From Octopus vulgaris (lineage: Eukaryota), in assembly GCA_951406725.2 (NCBI GenBank), contig OX597814.1:166160001-166224000 (forward strand): 64,000 bases of DNA, given 5' to 3'. The position numbers were made by a program, and so were the translations under genes. Numbering within the stretch: the stretch's first letter is position 1; every line of letters begins with the position of its first letter. Under the pieces are notes generated by a model. That model made no database searches and had not been told where the DNA came from. It saw nothing but the letters and a program-made list of their open reading frames with translations. Below are positions 23,356-35,977 of this stretch, one piece after another.

Positions 23356-24358
23356 AGAGCAAAAAAAAAAAAGAAAAAGCGCACATAAAGGCGGTGCTCC
23401 AGCATGGCCGCAGTCAAATGACTGAAACAAGTAAAAGATAAAAGATAGTTTAAATCTTAAATCTTAGTACAACCTGCCCTTTAATAAAGATAGTATGATC
23501 ATGGCAAGACATATTAATCAAATTCTCCCTTTAATTAGCTCAAGCAGAGCTAACCAGGACCACCAAACAAATATAACTTCCAGCAGAGATCTGAACAGAT
23601 GTGTAAGAAGTTACTTGGTTTGCATGGATATTCTGGAAGTTCACTTAGACTATGGATATGATTTTTTTTAATTACTTGTCCTAATATAAAACTGCAATAT
23701 ATATTTGTGCAATTAATTTCTCACATCTGTTTCTAAGTTTTATGTATTTTTTTGTATTTTCATTATATTTGATTTAGAACATACACCTATATAAAATATT
23801 TTTGCAATATCTTTTATATATATCTAGCTATTCCTGTCACTTAAGATTTTTTAATGTCAAGTAAGCAAGGGAAAGCTTATTTTTAATTTTTTTTTTTTTT
23901 TTGGTTTTTTGCACAATTGGACCTAAGTTTGGTTTTTGTTGAATGATGCTGGAGTGATGTCAAATAGGCAGAGATGTTAGTTTTGGATAGAATGCTTTGT
24001 GGTATTTGTCATGACTTTCTGCATTCTGTGTCTAAAACCCTCTAAGGTCAACCTTGCTTTTCATCCTTTTGGGATTGATTTAAAAAAAAAAATTACCAAT
24101 CCAGGACAGTGAACTGGTGGAACTGCAGGGTTGGGGTGGGGGAGGAGGTCAGGCAAGATACCTTGTGGTATCTGTTCCAGCTGTTTGCATTCTGACAGCA
24201 ATATCTGTGATGACACTGGTGCTCAGCTGTATTGGCTGAAGTCAGTGGCCTTTTCCTTGGATAAACATTGATAGAATGGTGAGGGAAGACTTGCAAGCAA
24301 GGGTAACTGCAAATATTGCTTAGGCTGTTGTGTACTTAAGCTAAAAATGTCACTTTAA

Positions 24359-24565
24359 CCCTTTAGCAATTAAAAAGATCATATCTGGTCTAAATATTCT
24401 ACATGTTTTATGTTAAAACCAACCAAATCTGACTTCTCACACCTACCCTACAATACCATTCCAATAACAAACATCAAAATCTTGAAGCTACAAAATAATG
24501 TACAATTAATTCAGAACAATGAATAAATAAGCATTACATTTGTCAGTAATATGAATGCTAAAGGG
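24359..24565. mobile_element. piggyBac-type MITE (second family; also 50137-50350 and decayed ~31215-31435)
   Basis: TTAA|CCCTTTAGCA ... TGCTAAAGGG|TTAA. Confidence 0.85.
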
Positions 24566-27500
24566 TTAATAGAAGGTGCTGAGTGATTTTTATGCATTTC
24601 TCTATTGACTGCTTTTGAAGATGGTCAATTTACTCAGTAAAGTTAGTGTTTACTCACACAAAACTACCAGTTTCACAGGGATTATCATGTTACAATATAG
24701 TTCGTCTTTGACACATTGCATTTTATACCCAGTGTAAGTTTTAGCACATGGATCTGAAATTGTTAGTTGATACTAAATACAGACCATATTGTTACTAGTA
24801 CTAACTATAAGTATTGTATTTTTGCACTGTTTAACATTATTAATATTCATGAGCACTGCTTTATGAACTAAGCACTACAGACGGTTATGGAAACTTTGGT
24901 CACATTTTATCATGCTTCACATCATTTTAATTTTGTGAAGCCAACATTTTACTGTCTGACAAACATTATAGTAAATGCTATTTGCTGAGCTCTCCCCACC
25001 TTACTGATTAATAAAGAAAAAAAAACTAGAGAATTAGTGGTTTTAGTAATTATAGATTATAATTGTCATCTCATTTGCGGATGTTAATTCCTACACTATT
25101 AATCATACAACATATTGCTAAGATATGTTCTTTTAGAAAATGCTTCTGGTTTAAGTTCAGGTTGAATATAATGCTAGCCGTAGTAATCACTCTGTTGACC
25201 TCATTATTACTAATTGACCCTATTCTGCTAATGCATTGGGTTGTCTGAAATTTCTGTAAAAGAAAAGCCTTTCTAATATGATTAAAACACCAGATTTCTT
25301 TATTTCCACCAAAATCAGTCATATGAAAGTCATTCTTTTTATATATTTTTACAGTATATTTATCTAACTCCCATCTATTCCAAAAATCAATCAGTTATGC
25401 ATAATTATGCATGCCTTTTAAAATGAGTCATTACTAATTTATACTTAAATGTTTATTTTGAAACAATTTTATCATTACTTTAATAATAAGAATTTTATAA
25501 GGAAATAGATTTGTACAATTTATTTAATCAGGGAGTTTTGTGTTAACAGCTTAAGCAATCATTATTCTAATATATTCAACTCAAAACAGTTGCCCCTGTT
25601 TTGTCTTGTTTGTTTGAGTGATTGCTTGTTTAGGAAGTATTTAAGTTAAGGGGTTGAATAATTATGAATGATTATTAACCCATAAAGTGCTGGGATTTGC
25701 TCTTATATAGCATGGACTGCTGAGCATATTTTATGAAAATGAGACTACATGCACACATAAAAAACAAAAAAATAGTTAAAATATCTTCTTAGTATATAAT
25801 GGTGGCAAGTTTTATGTCATCTGAAAAGTCATTAGTTGAATTATTAGTCCTCTTGCATTCTGGGGGCTATCAGAGTGTTTGAGTGACATTAGACCCCAAC
25901 AAATGCCCATAAATTAAATACATCTATCTGGGCCACATTTGTGGCCTTTCGTGCTTTATGTATTAAGCATGATAAAGAAAAGAAAATTACTTATTTTTTC
26001 ATAAAATTTTACTGTTTATTTTAGCAAATTATTTGCATCTCCAGTTCTAACATGACATAATGTTGGACTAGTTATGATTTATTTAAAAAGTGATAATTTA
26101 CATGAAAAAAACAAGTACATGTCATACACACACACGAGTCAAGTAGATTGTTACATTTACTTGCACATGTGTGTGTGCATGTGTGCACACAAATACATTC
26201 ATGCACACACAATTGTACATATTTACTCACTTATTTATGCATACACTTGCACAAAGTACATAGCAAATAGAGGTACCAATACACACACTTGTACACACTT
26301 TCACACACACTAATTAACATTTTCATTTGTGCATATACATTCACACGCAGGTACATTAATGCACACACATGTGCTTGTGCACATATGCATACACACTTTC
26401 TTCTCACACCTAGTTACATTCACATACACCACCTTTGATGTTGTACATTCCCACATTTTGGTGTTGGTCACAACAATTGAAATATATCTTCATATATTCA
26501 AATACTGACTGTACATGTTGAGAAAAAGTCTGTTTTATCTTGTTTTTTTAACATTTTGTTAATATTGGGTCAAACATGTTTTCATTTTGTAATGAATTAA
26601 GGAGTGTTCTTTGAACACAAACCTAAATTATGCTATTTACCAGCTATAAGTCAAATCTCCCTGAATGGCCTCTATTATTTTGAACATGGAGACCATGTCA
26701 TATTGTTACAAATTGTTGGTGGGCATTTTTATCTATTAAAGCTGAATTTCACTGATTAGAAATACACAGTGAATTTTGTTTTTGGTTAAACTTATTCCTA
26801 TGCTGTATGTCTGCTCAAGCAGAGTTGAATGGGGATGACCAAGCAACAACTGCTCTTCATTATTGGTGTAAATTCTATCATTTCTTTTTTCTTACCTGTA
26901 TAGTTTGCTATAAACTTCACAAAGAAATAAAATGAAAGGAAGTTCTCCATTAAACTACACAGAAGTTTTACATTATATTGTTTGTCTTTGGATTTTGGTT
27001 TAAAAAAAATATTCTTTAGATGATTTTTGTTTCCTCAATTTAGATCATGTTGCTGAATTCCTTTTTTTTTTTAGGCTTCGTATAAAGCCTAAAACGTCAG
27101 AGGTGGTGTATGAATGAGTTGATCCAAGTGATTTAATGGTACTTATTTGATTACCTCCAGAAAAATGACTGGTCAAGATAACTTTGATGAAGTTGAAATG
27201 TCGAGGATCATAACTAGATTTTTGTTTCAAATTTTGGCACATAGCCAACAATTTTGGAGGAAGGGGTAAAATGATTACATCAGCACCAGTGTTCAACTGA
27301 CACTTTTATCAACCCCAAAAGGATGAAGGGCAAAGTCAACCTTGGTGGAATTTGAACTCAGAATGTAAAGACAGATGAAATGTTAACTTTATACAGATAT
27401 CCTGTTGGTTAAAAATTGATGACATAATCTATTTGTAATGTTATTTCACCTTCTTATATAACTTTATTGGTAACACTTTGACAACTCTTAATACGTTGTG

Positions 27501-27789
27501 CTACATCCTTATTTTCACATCAGAGAAAAATCAATAAGGTTGAACTCAAATCCTTAGTCCCAGTGTATGAAGTGTACAGTAGGTGTCCACTGTGTTGTGA
27601 TTTCTACAAAAATACATTAGTAATCCTCCTTATTATTACCATCATCATCATTTACATTGGTTTTCCATGCTGGTATGGGTTAGAAGGTAATACATACACA
27701 CATACATGCACATACTCATACATACATACTCACACACACACACACATACACACACACACATACATGCACACATAAACTCATGCATACAT

Positions 27790-28480
27790 ACTTGCAGTAG
27801 TTGATAGCTTCTGGTACCTAGGTGACCAAATCAGTAGTAGGGGTGGATGCTGTGAGAACGTAGCTGCTAGAATAAGAATAGGTTGGGCAAAGTTCAGAGA
27901 TTTTCTACCTCTGTTGGTAATGAAAGGCCTCTCCCTTAGAGTGAAAGGCAAATTGTATGATGGCCTGTGTGCGAACAGCCATGCTACATGACAGTGAAAC
28001 ATGGGCTGTGACTGCTGAAGACATACATAGGCTTGAAAGAAATGAATCTAGTATGCTTTGCTGGATGTGCAATGTCAATGTACATACATGACAGAGTGAA
28101 AGCGTCTTAAGAGAAAAGTTGAGCATAAGAGGCGATGTGGTGTGCAAGAGAAATGACTGCATTGGTATGGTCATATGATTCATATGGATGTGGACAGCTG
28201 TGTGTAGAAGTGCCAGTCTCTACAAGTGGAAGGAAGACATGGGATGAGGTGGTGAAGCATGATCTTTGAACACCAGGCTTGTGTTGTGGAACTAGCAACT
28301 GTGCCAGTGGTACTTAAAAAGCACCTTTCAAGCGCTGGGCCTCACAGAAGAATAACAAATGACTGAGGCCTTTGGCAATATGTTGTGTTTGAGAAGGAAG
28401 ATCCATCAAGCCGAGTAAAATCATAGTTGTGACAGATACTGGTGTCATGCAACTGGCACTTATGCTGGTGGCATATAAAT
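27790..28480 (+). mobile_element. RTE LINE ORF2 C-terminus and 3'UTR
   Basis: VVDSF.YLGDQISSRGGC...ARIRIGWAKFR; RVKGKLYD; SETWAVTAEDIHRLERNE.SMLCWMC. Confidence 0.9.
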
Positions 28481-29634
28481 GGCTGTCCATTTGTGATTAA
28501 GGAAACCTAAAATTTAGGTCCAATAAGGCTTGCACAACACCTCACAAACCCTTCTACCTTACTAACATGATCTAGAGACAAGCCAGGGTAAGATATCCAG
28601 TGTCAATTTGGGTCACATGCTCAGGAAGGTGAAAATTCTATGATCTCAAGCCTAATGTGTTTAGGAAAATACATAAGAACGAGAGACATTGATAAAGAGT
28701 TTGCAAGTCCAGTACACAAGATACATTTTCAGTTTCATACCCATTATTAGAACAACAGAATATATACCAACTTGTCTGGAGCAAAAGTATGATTGAACTT
28801 GGGCTCTTGGAGAGAATGTAAATCCTTAATTCATATTCTACAAATGATCACAATATTTGGGACTATAAAAATCTGCAAAACCCATTACACTCTCGGATTG
28901 GTTGGTGTTATGAAGGGAATCCAGTCATAGAAACCATGCTAAATCCGACTGGAATCTGGTGCAGCCCCTTGCATGCTTATCACAACCAGGCATCAGATAG
29001 TTTCCTTGTTGGTGATTGCACAACCTAAAATTTTAGGTCCAATAAGGTTTGCATAACACCTCACAAACCCTTCTACTCTACTAACATGATCCAGAGACAA
29101 GCCAGGGCAAGATATCCAGTGTCATTATGGGTCACAGGCTCAGGAACATGAGAGTGCTACGATCTCAAACCTAAGCAAAAGACTTCAATGCCATTCCCTG
29201 CTTATGTGGTTTTATAACAGCAACCTCTTCCTCGAGACATGCATTAACAAAAGTTAAGGGATCCCTCACTCTTAGTGGTTTTCCAGTACACCACACACCA
29301 ACTCAGAATTTCTTAGGGCTTGTGCTATTGCTGGATAATCGTTGAATCTACACTAAGTTTGTCTATCCTTTTGATAGATCTTGTTTTTAGTCCTGCTGGG
29401 CTTTTAGCAACCCTTCTTACCAGGCAAACCTAGATGGGGTGCCAGCTTAATATACGATGATCAGTGCATGCAACAAGTTGTACTGGATTCTATGTTACCA
29501 ACAGCACTTATTAGAGCCCTCACAAGTGACCTAATTTACATACATTCGTATGTATGGCTTGGAAGGCAGCTCATAATAAAAAGGAATACTGGTGGAAAGA
29601 ACTAGTGAAGACCTCAATAAAATGTATGCACAAC

Positions 29635-29957
29635 TTGATATGACTTGGGATAGAGAAGAGAAACTGTGCACAGTTGTGGAAATTAGCAGCCCAGTAGATG
29701 TTAACATAAAGCTGAAGATCAGTGAAAAAGAGAACACCTATACTGAATTATTGAGAAATCAGCAGTTACTCTATCCAGATTACAAGTTAAGGTTTATACC
29801 TGTAATTATTGGGGCTCTGGGATATGTAACAAGCTGCCTAAATACCAATCTTGAGAAATTAGGCTTTTCAAAACCAGAAAGGAGAAAGCTAATCTGAAGA
29901 CTACAAATCCAATCCATCACTGGAACTGTAAAAATCTGTAAAACTTTCCAGAAGTTA
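29635..29957 (+). mobile_element. R4/Dong-like RLE non-LTR element 3' end; decayed copies at ~28650-28885 and ~30125-30445
   Basis: WDREEKLCTVVEISSP.D.NI..K..EK...Y..L...FIPVIIGALG...LEKLG fits the restriction-like endonuclease C-terminus. Followed by (ACAT)n. Confidence 0.8.
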
Positions 29958-32887
29958 CATACATACATACATGCATGCATGCATACATACAAACATACAT
30001 ACATACCCTGTTGTTGATGTTGAAATTCCAATGAAGGAGCCTTGGATCTAGGTTAGAAACCGGTTCTTTCTCTATTGGCAAGAAATCTTGAAATAAACTG
30101 AATGCCTTACATACATACAAACAACTGGACAGATGTTGTGTATGGCCACAAGGCAAAGATATGTTCTGTTGTGGAAATCAGTGACTCTCTAGACACTAAT
30201 ATGTTTAGAAAAATACAAGAGAAAGAGGATTATTGATAAGAAGTTTGCAAGTCCAGTAGCCAAGATACACTTTCAGTTTCATACCCATTATTAGAGTAAC
30301 AGGATGTATATCAACCTGTTTGGAGCAAAGTATGGTTGAACTTGGGCTCTTGGAGAGAATGCAAATCCTTAATTCATATTCTACAAATGATTGTAATATC
30401 TGAGACTATAAAAATCTGCAAAACCTTAAGATTTCAGGTATGATGAACAAAACAAGATGCTTTCCTTCACAACTTTGCTTCCAAGTCGGTGGCCAATCAA
30501 ATTTTACTCTAAATTAAAAGAAGGAGAGCAAACATTCATCCATCCATATATACATACAATATTATATTATAGTATACTATATTACGTCACTTATTCTAAA
30601 TTATCTATCAGTTGTCTTACAAGTAATATAAAAAATACAAATGCCATTCTCTTATTCCATAGTTAAGACAGCATTTGTTTATTGTGTTACATACATAGGT
30701 CTTAGCTGTTTAATATAGAAGACATTTTTTTTTGTTTGTTTAAAACAAAAAAACCTTATATTTGAAAATGTTTCTATGTTTCATATTTCAACTACTTAAT
30801 TCAGCTGCTTCAGCTTCTTTTGTAAGAACTAAAACTACTTAAAAATTTCTGTTGCTTATAAGTGGCTACTGGTTTGCTTCTCTAATTTTAGGTTTTTATA
30901 TCTTTAATTCTCTATTGCTATCAATGTGGCTAGTTTGAACCTACTTTTGCAGAGACCTTTACTCAGACAGACATAGGTTTCCTTCTTTTCCTGTCTAGTT
31001 GTGGCTCTACTGAACTGAGGCCTTGACATTTGAAGCAGTAAACTTGAATGTTTTTAGTCTTATAATTTTTATTTAGAGAGAGAGAAATAGAAAGAGAGAG
31101 AGGGTGTGTGTTTTCAAGTGTGAGACATAAAGAAGAGAATTCTCAATTTCTCTTAGTGAAGTCATAGTTGGGTTTAAATCAGTTTCACTCTTACAATATT
31201 GAATTGAAAACATCTTGACTCTTTAGTTTTCAAACTAGTCATACCCGGCCTAAGTATTCTACCAATTTTATTTAAAACTGGCTAGATCTGGCCTCTCACA
31301 CCTATCTTACGATCTCCTTCTATAAACAATCGCATCATGAAAATCGCTTACCCACAAGATAATGCATGATTAATTGGAAATAATATGAATAAACAAGCAT
31401 CACATTTGAGAGAGTAATCTGAATGTCATTGGGTCAATTCAGAAATGAAGCATTTTTATATTTAGGCAGGTTTGCACTTACCTAATAATTATAGGATAAT
31501 CAAACATTAAAAAAAAATTGTTAAAAATATTACCCAATATATTAAGCTATAACTGAAATTTTTATTTATAATTCTTTTGTCTGTTTTGCATTATTTTTCA
31601 TCGTTTACTTGCTTCAGTCATTGGGCTGCAACCAGGCTGTGGCATTGCTTTGAAGGGTTGAAGTCCTACGCTTATTCTGTCAATCTTTTTTTGCTTAACT
31701 GCTAAGTTGCAAGGACATAAATAAACTGGTTGCCAAGTGGTTGGAGGCAGACGCACACACACAATGGGCTTCTTTCAGTTTCCATCTACCAAATCCACTC
31801 ACAAGTTGTCTTAAGGCTGTAGTAAAAACACTTGGCCAAGGCACTATTCAGTGGGACTGAACCTGAAATCATGTAAATGAGAAACTTAATATCATGATTC
31901 ACTGAAATTGTAAAATTTTGATGCTTACATAAATTTTATTGATTTTCATTTTTTCCCTAAATCAGAATATGCTGTCAGAATGTTATGAATGCAACTGATT
32001 AAAAATTTAAGTTAAACATTTTTTTAATTAAAAATAATTTATTTTTTACCAACCAAATTATTGCAACTTGATACATTTAGGCTACAAGACAGCAAAGGAG
32101 CCTATTGGATTACTCAGCCTGTTAGAAATAGCAATCAAATCATCAAATCTCATCCCTCTGTTTTAAAAAGGGAAGAATGCATTGGATAATGTAGTCCTAG
32201 ATGCACTGTCTGAAAAAAGGATGGGTTGTTTGTGACTAGAACATCTTTTGGTCTTAGCTTTTGCCAGATTAGATTAAATGAGCTGAGACTAAACAACAGT
32301 ATAATTCCATATTGAAGAAAGCAAGTTGTAGGAACACTGATGCTTTGTGTTCTGTAATGGAGAATGTTAAAGAATATATTCAGGGATGTGTTATTATGCT
32401 AAAAATGTGTTAGTTTAGATTGAGATGTGTTTATGGGAGTCAGCTATAAACTATGTTGGTTGGATTATCTTCAGTTTTGTCTCATTATTTTTTTTTAAGT
32501 AGTAGAATTTTTTTATGGCATTAATATAGTTGGTTTTGTTAGAATTTTTTTTGTATAGTTTTAATGTGTTTTATTCTATTTTAGTTGGCAAATTTCAACA
32601 ACTGATTTTGGCAGTTATGTAAGATTATTTTCCTCTCCTGGCATTTTTTAAGATTTGTAGCCAATACCTGAGATAGAATTAATCTGCAAATGATTTAGAG
32701 AAAAGTAATTATGTAAGATGTGAAGACACTGATAATGAAATTACACATGGTACAAGCATGGTTGTGTAATTAAGCTCTCTTTGTTATCATAGGGTTTTGG
32801 ATTCAATCTCACTGTATGATACCATGGGCATGTGGATTTTTTATACCCATAGGATAACCGATGTGTTGTGAGTGAATTTGGTAAATA

Positions 32888-35351
32888 TTGGGTCATCCCA
32901 TAAATAATGCAATTTTTTTATTTTTCAGAATTAAGATAAGCAAAGTTCTTTTTTAACCGTTTTCCACAATGCTCTTCCATCTATCTGGTAGACTTGCAAG
33001 GCCTGTCTTCCAGAATTCACTTGTCCGTGATGAAAAATACTCCTCCAGTACTGTTCTAACATCATCTACAGAATTCATATTTTTTCCATCAAACTGATTT
33101 TGAAGACTGTGAAATAATGATAATCAGATGGGGCAATGCCCAGCGAATATGATGGGTGGGGCATCATTTCCCATTCAAACTGCTCCAGCCTTTGGAATGT
33201 CATCCTTGCTGTATGTAGCCAAGCATTATCCTAATGAAAAAATACCTTTCATCTTGAAACCAAAGATGGTCGTTTTTCTTAGTGTGCTGACTTGAGCCTC
33301 TCAATCTGCTTGCAGAAGATCTTCTTTATCATTTGGTTTGGACTTAAAAGTTCAAAGTGGACTAAACCTTTCATATCCCACCAAACAGATAACAAAACCT
33401 TACATGGGTGAAAACCTTCTTTACCCTGGGGTACTGGTGTTTCTCCTTTCCCTACCCACTGTCTTCAGCACTTGACATTTTTATAGAGAACCCATTTCTC
33501 GTCACCAGTCACTATATAGTCTCAAGAAGGTTCATTCGTGAGATGTGACAGCAAGGAAGAGCACACATTTACTCTCTGCGTTTGATTAGACTCAGAAAGT
33601 TTGTGATGAACCTATTGACCTGATGGCATGCAGGTGTCGATGAATAGTTGAACGACCAAATCCAAGCTTCTCTTCTAGTTCCTCAGCAATTACAATGGAG
33701 TTTTGTTCCACCAGGGTTTGCAGGATGTCTTTGTTGAGCTCTACAGATCTTCCAGGATGAGGCTCATCTTCTAGGCTGTAGTTTCCAGCTTGGAATTTCT
33801 GGAACCACCATTGACACTGGCTTAGGCTTATTGTCCGTTCCCCATTGTTGCCTTTATTGAACTCATAAAGCAAAATACAGGGTTTGGACAAAATAATGGA
33901 AACACCTTAAAATTTCAAATAAATTAATTTTAATATGGGATAGGACTGCCTTTGGCAGCATGAATTCTACAAGGTATGGACTTGTAAAAAGTTTGAATTG
34001 TTTCCTAAGGAATTTTGGTCCATTCTTCAGCTAAAACAGTCTCCAGTCCTTGTAGTAATGATGGTGGAGGATATCGACTCCTTACTTGTTTTTCTAAAAT
34101 GCACCATAAATGTTCAATAATATTGAGATCTGGGAACTGTGGTGGCATGATAAGATGTTCAACTTCACTAGAATGTTCCTTGTGCCATTCAGTAACAACT
34201 TTAGCTGTGTGAATTGGTGCATTATCATCCTGAGAGATTGCGTTTCCCTCCAGAAACAGTTCCACAACCATAGAATGAATTTGATCAGATAAAATGCATA
34301 AATAGTCTTGACTATTAATTCTGCTATGAAGGGACACCATTGGGCTGGCAGATTTCCAAGATAAGCGCCCCCCCCCCCCTGATCATCACAGATCCTCCTC
34401 TATGTTTAACAGTTGGAAGAAGGCAGTCTGGGTCAAATGCTTCTTTTGGCTTTCTGCACATGTATACTTGGCCAGTGGTCAGAAATAAGGTAAAGGATGA
34501 CTCGTCTGAGAAAATAATATTCTTCCACTGCTCTAGGGACCAATTCTGTAGGTTTTTACTCCACTCTAAACGCTTTGCAATGTTTGTTTTTGAAAGTAGT
34601 GGTTTTCTGATTGCAGCCTCCCATGAAATCCAGCTTTGTGCAGCTTTTGGCAAACAGTTTTTGTGGAAACTGGGTTCTTGAGGTGGTCATTAAGCTTTGC
34701 AGTAATTTTGATAGCTGTACTTTTGTGATTCTTTCTAACAATTCGCGTAAGAGTCTGACAGTCCCTATATGAAAGTTTTGGTTTTCTTCCAGAGTTTTAT
34801 TTCGACAGAGATTTTTCCCTCTTTCTCAAAGGCTGTCATTACTTTCAAGGCAGTACTTCTTGATACACCAGACATTTCAGCTGTTTCCATTACGCTAGCA
34901 CCTGCTATGAGCACCATCAGTTTGACCTCTTTGAAAGTGTAATAGATCTGTCATTTTAATGAATTTTAATTACCTTTTTCAGTTGATATCTGAAAAGAAA
35001 CAGCAATTTTAGCAAAACAAATTAAGCAACACTAACAATAAATCAAAAAACATAAAAATAAACAAGCTTTTGATGGTTTTTCAGATATTTCAAAATTATG
35101 ATGCTAGGTGTTTCCATTACTTTATCCAACCCCTGTGTGCCGAATATGCTCCTTTGCACTTCCATTATAGCTTCGAAAAAATAACTGTTAAAATTGAATT
35201 GCACTCTTCAAAAATTTTCACTAAGAATAAGTACAAGGTAAAATTACTACCTGCTTTTATAGCAAGTTGATGTATGTAGTTTATCCCGTCCCCCTCCGAC
35301 TGTTAGTTCATGCAATTGAAAAATCTGCATTTTTTTTATAAGATGACCCAA
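32888..35351 (-). mobile_element. Degenerate mariner element split by a nested Tc1-type insertion
   Basis: TA|TTGGGTCATCCCATAA ... TAAGATGACCCAA|TA. Start MEV..EHIRH near 35165 resumes as ILLYEFNKG..WFQKFQAGNYSLEDEP..GR; IVTGDEKW near 33500; IAPSDYH near 33125. Confidence 0.93.
33878..35135 (-). mobile_element. Full-length (1258 bp) Tc1-type transposon with DD36E triad (Incomer-like), frameshifted
   Basis: ~30-bp TIRs cagggtttggacaaaataatggaaacacct / aggtgtttccattactttatccaacccctg. TSD TA with right copy TG. FSDES ... DN-x-E with 36 residues between the second D and E. Confidence 0.9.
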
Positions 35352-35582
35352 TAAAACTGTATGGATGATCATTATGTGTGTGTGTTTGTATTTTTCTTTC
35401 TACCTTGTTACTGATATAGGGAGAGGGGGTTTGCTTTCTATGCTTTGACCTGCGCATAAGACGGTCTTTGAGCTGGAAAATGAATGGAATGCCTGGGGTG
35501 TGTCTTGTGGCTACCCACTCTTATGGGTAATTTAGGCCTTGGTAAATAAATACCTTGCTACTTGACAAACACTTGTAGTTTA

Positions 35583-35977
35583 TTCTTTTTTTACTTGTTT
35601 CATTCATTTGACTACAGCCATGCTGGAGCACTGCCTTACAGTGTTTTAGTAAAAAAAAAACTAACTCCAGGACTCATTCTGTGTAAGACTTGTACTTATC
35701 CTATTTGTCTCTTTTGCTGAACCGCTATGGGTTTATGGGTACATAAACATACCAGCATCAGTTGTCAAGCAATGGCAGTGGGGGGGGGGGAGGGGCAAGG
35801 ACACACACACATACACACCAGGCTTCATTCAGTTTCTGCCTACCAAATCCGCTCAAAAGGCTTTGGTCAGCCTGAGGCTATAGTAGAAGACACTTGCCCA
35901 AGGTGCCATGCAGTGGGACTGAACCCAGAATCATATGATTGGGAAGCAAGCTTCTTACCACACAGCCATGCCTGCAC
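35583..35977 (-). mobile_element. tRNA-derived SINE, CORE-like (other copies ~31600-31875, 43784-44115, 48920-49290, 61065-61443)
   Basis: Minus head GCAGGCATGGCTGTGTGGTAAGAAGC..GGGTTCAGTCCC, then CCTTGGGCAAGTG; internal (TG)n; tail GAAACAAGTAAAA. Confidence 0.85.
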
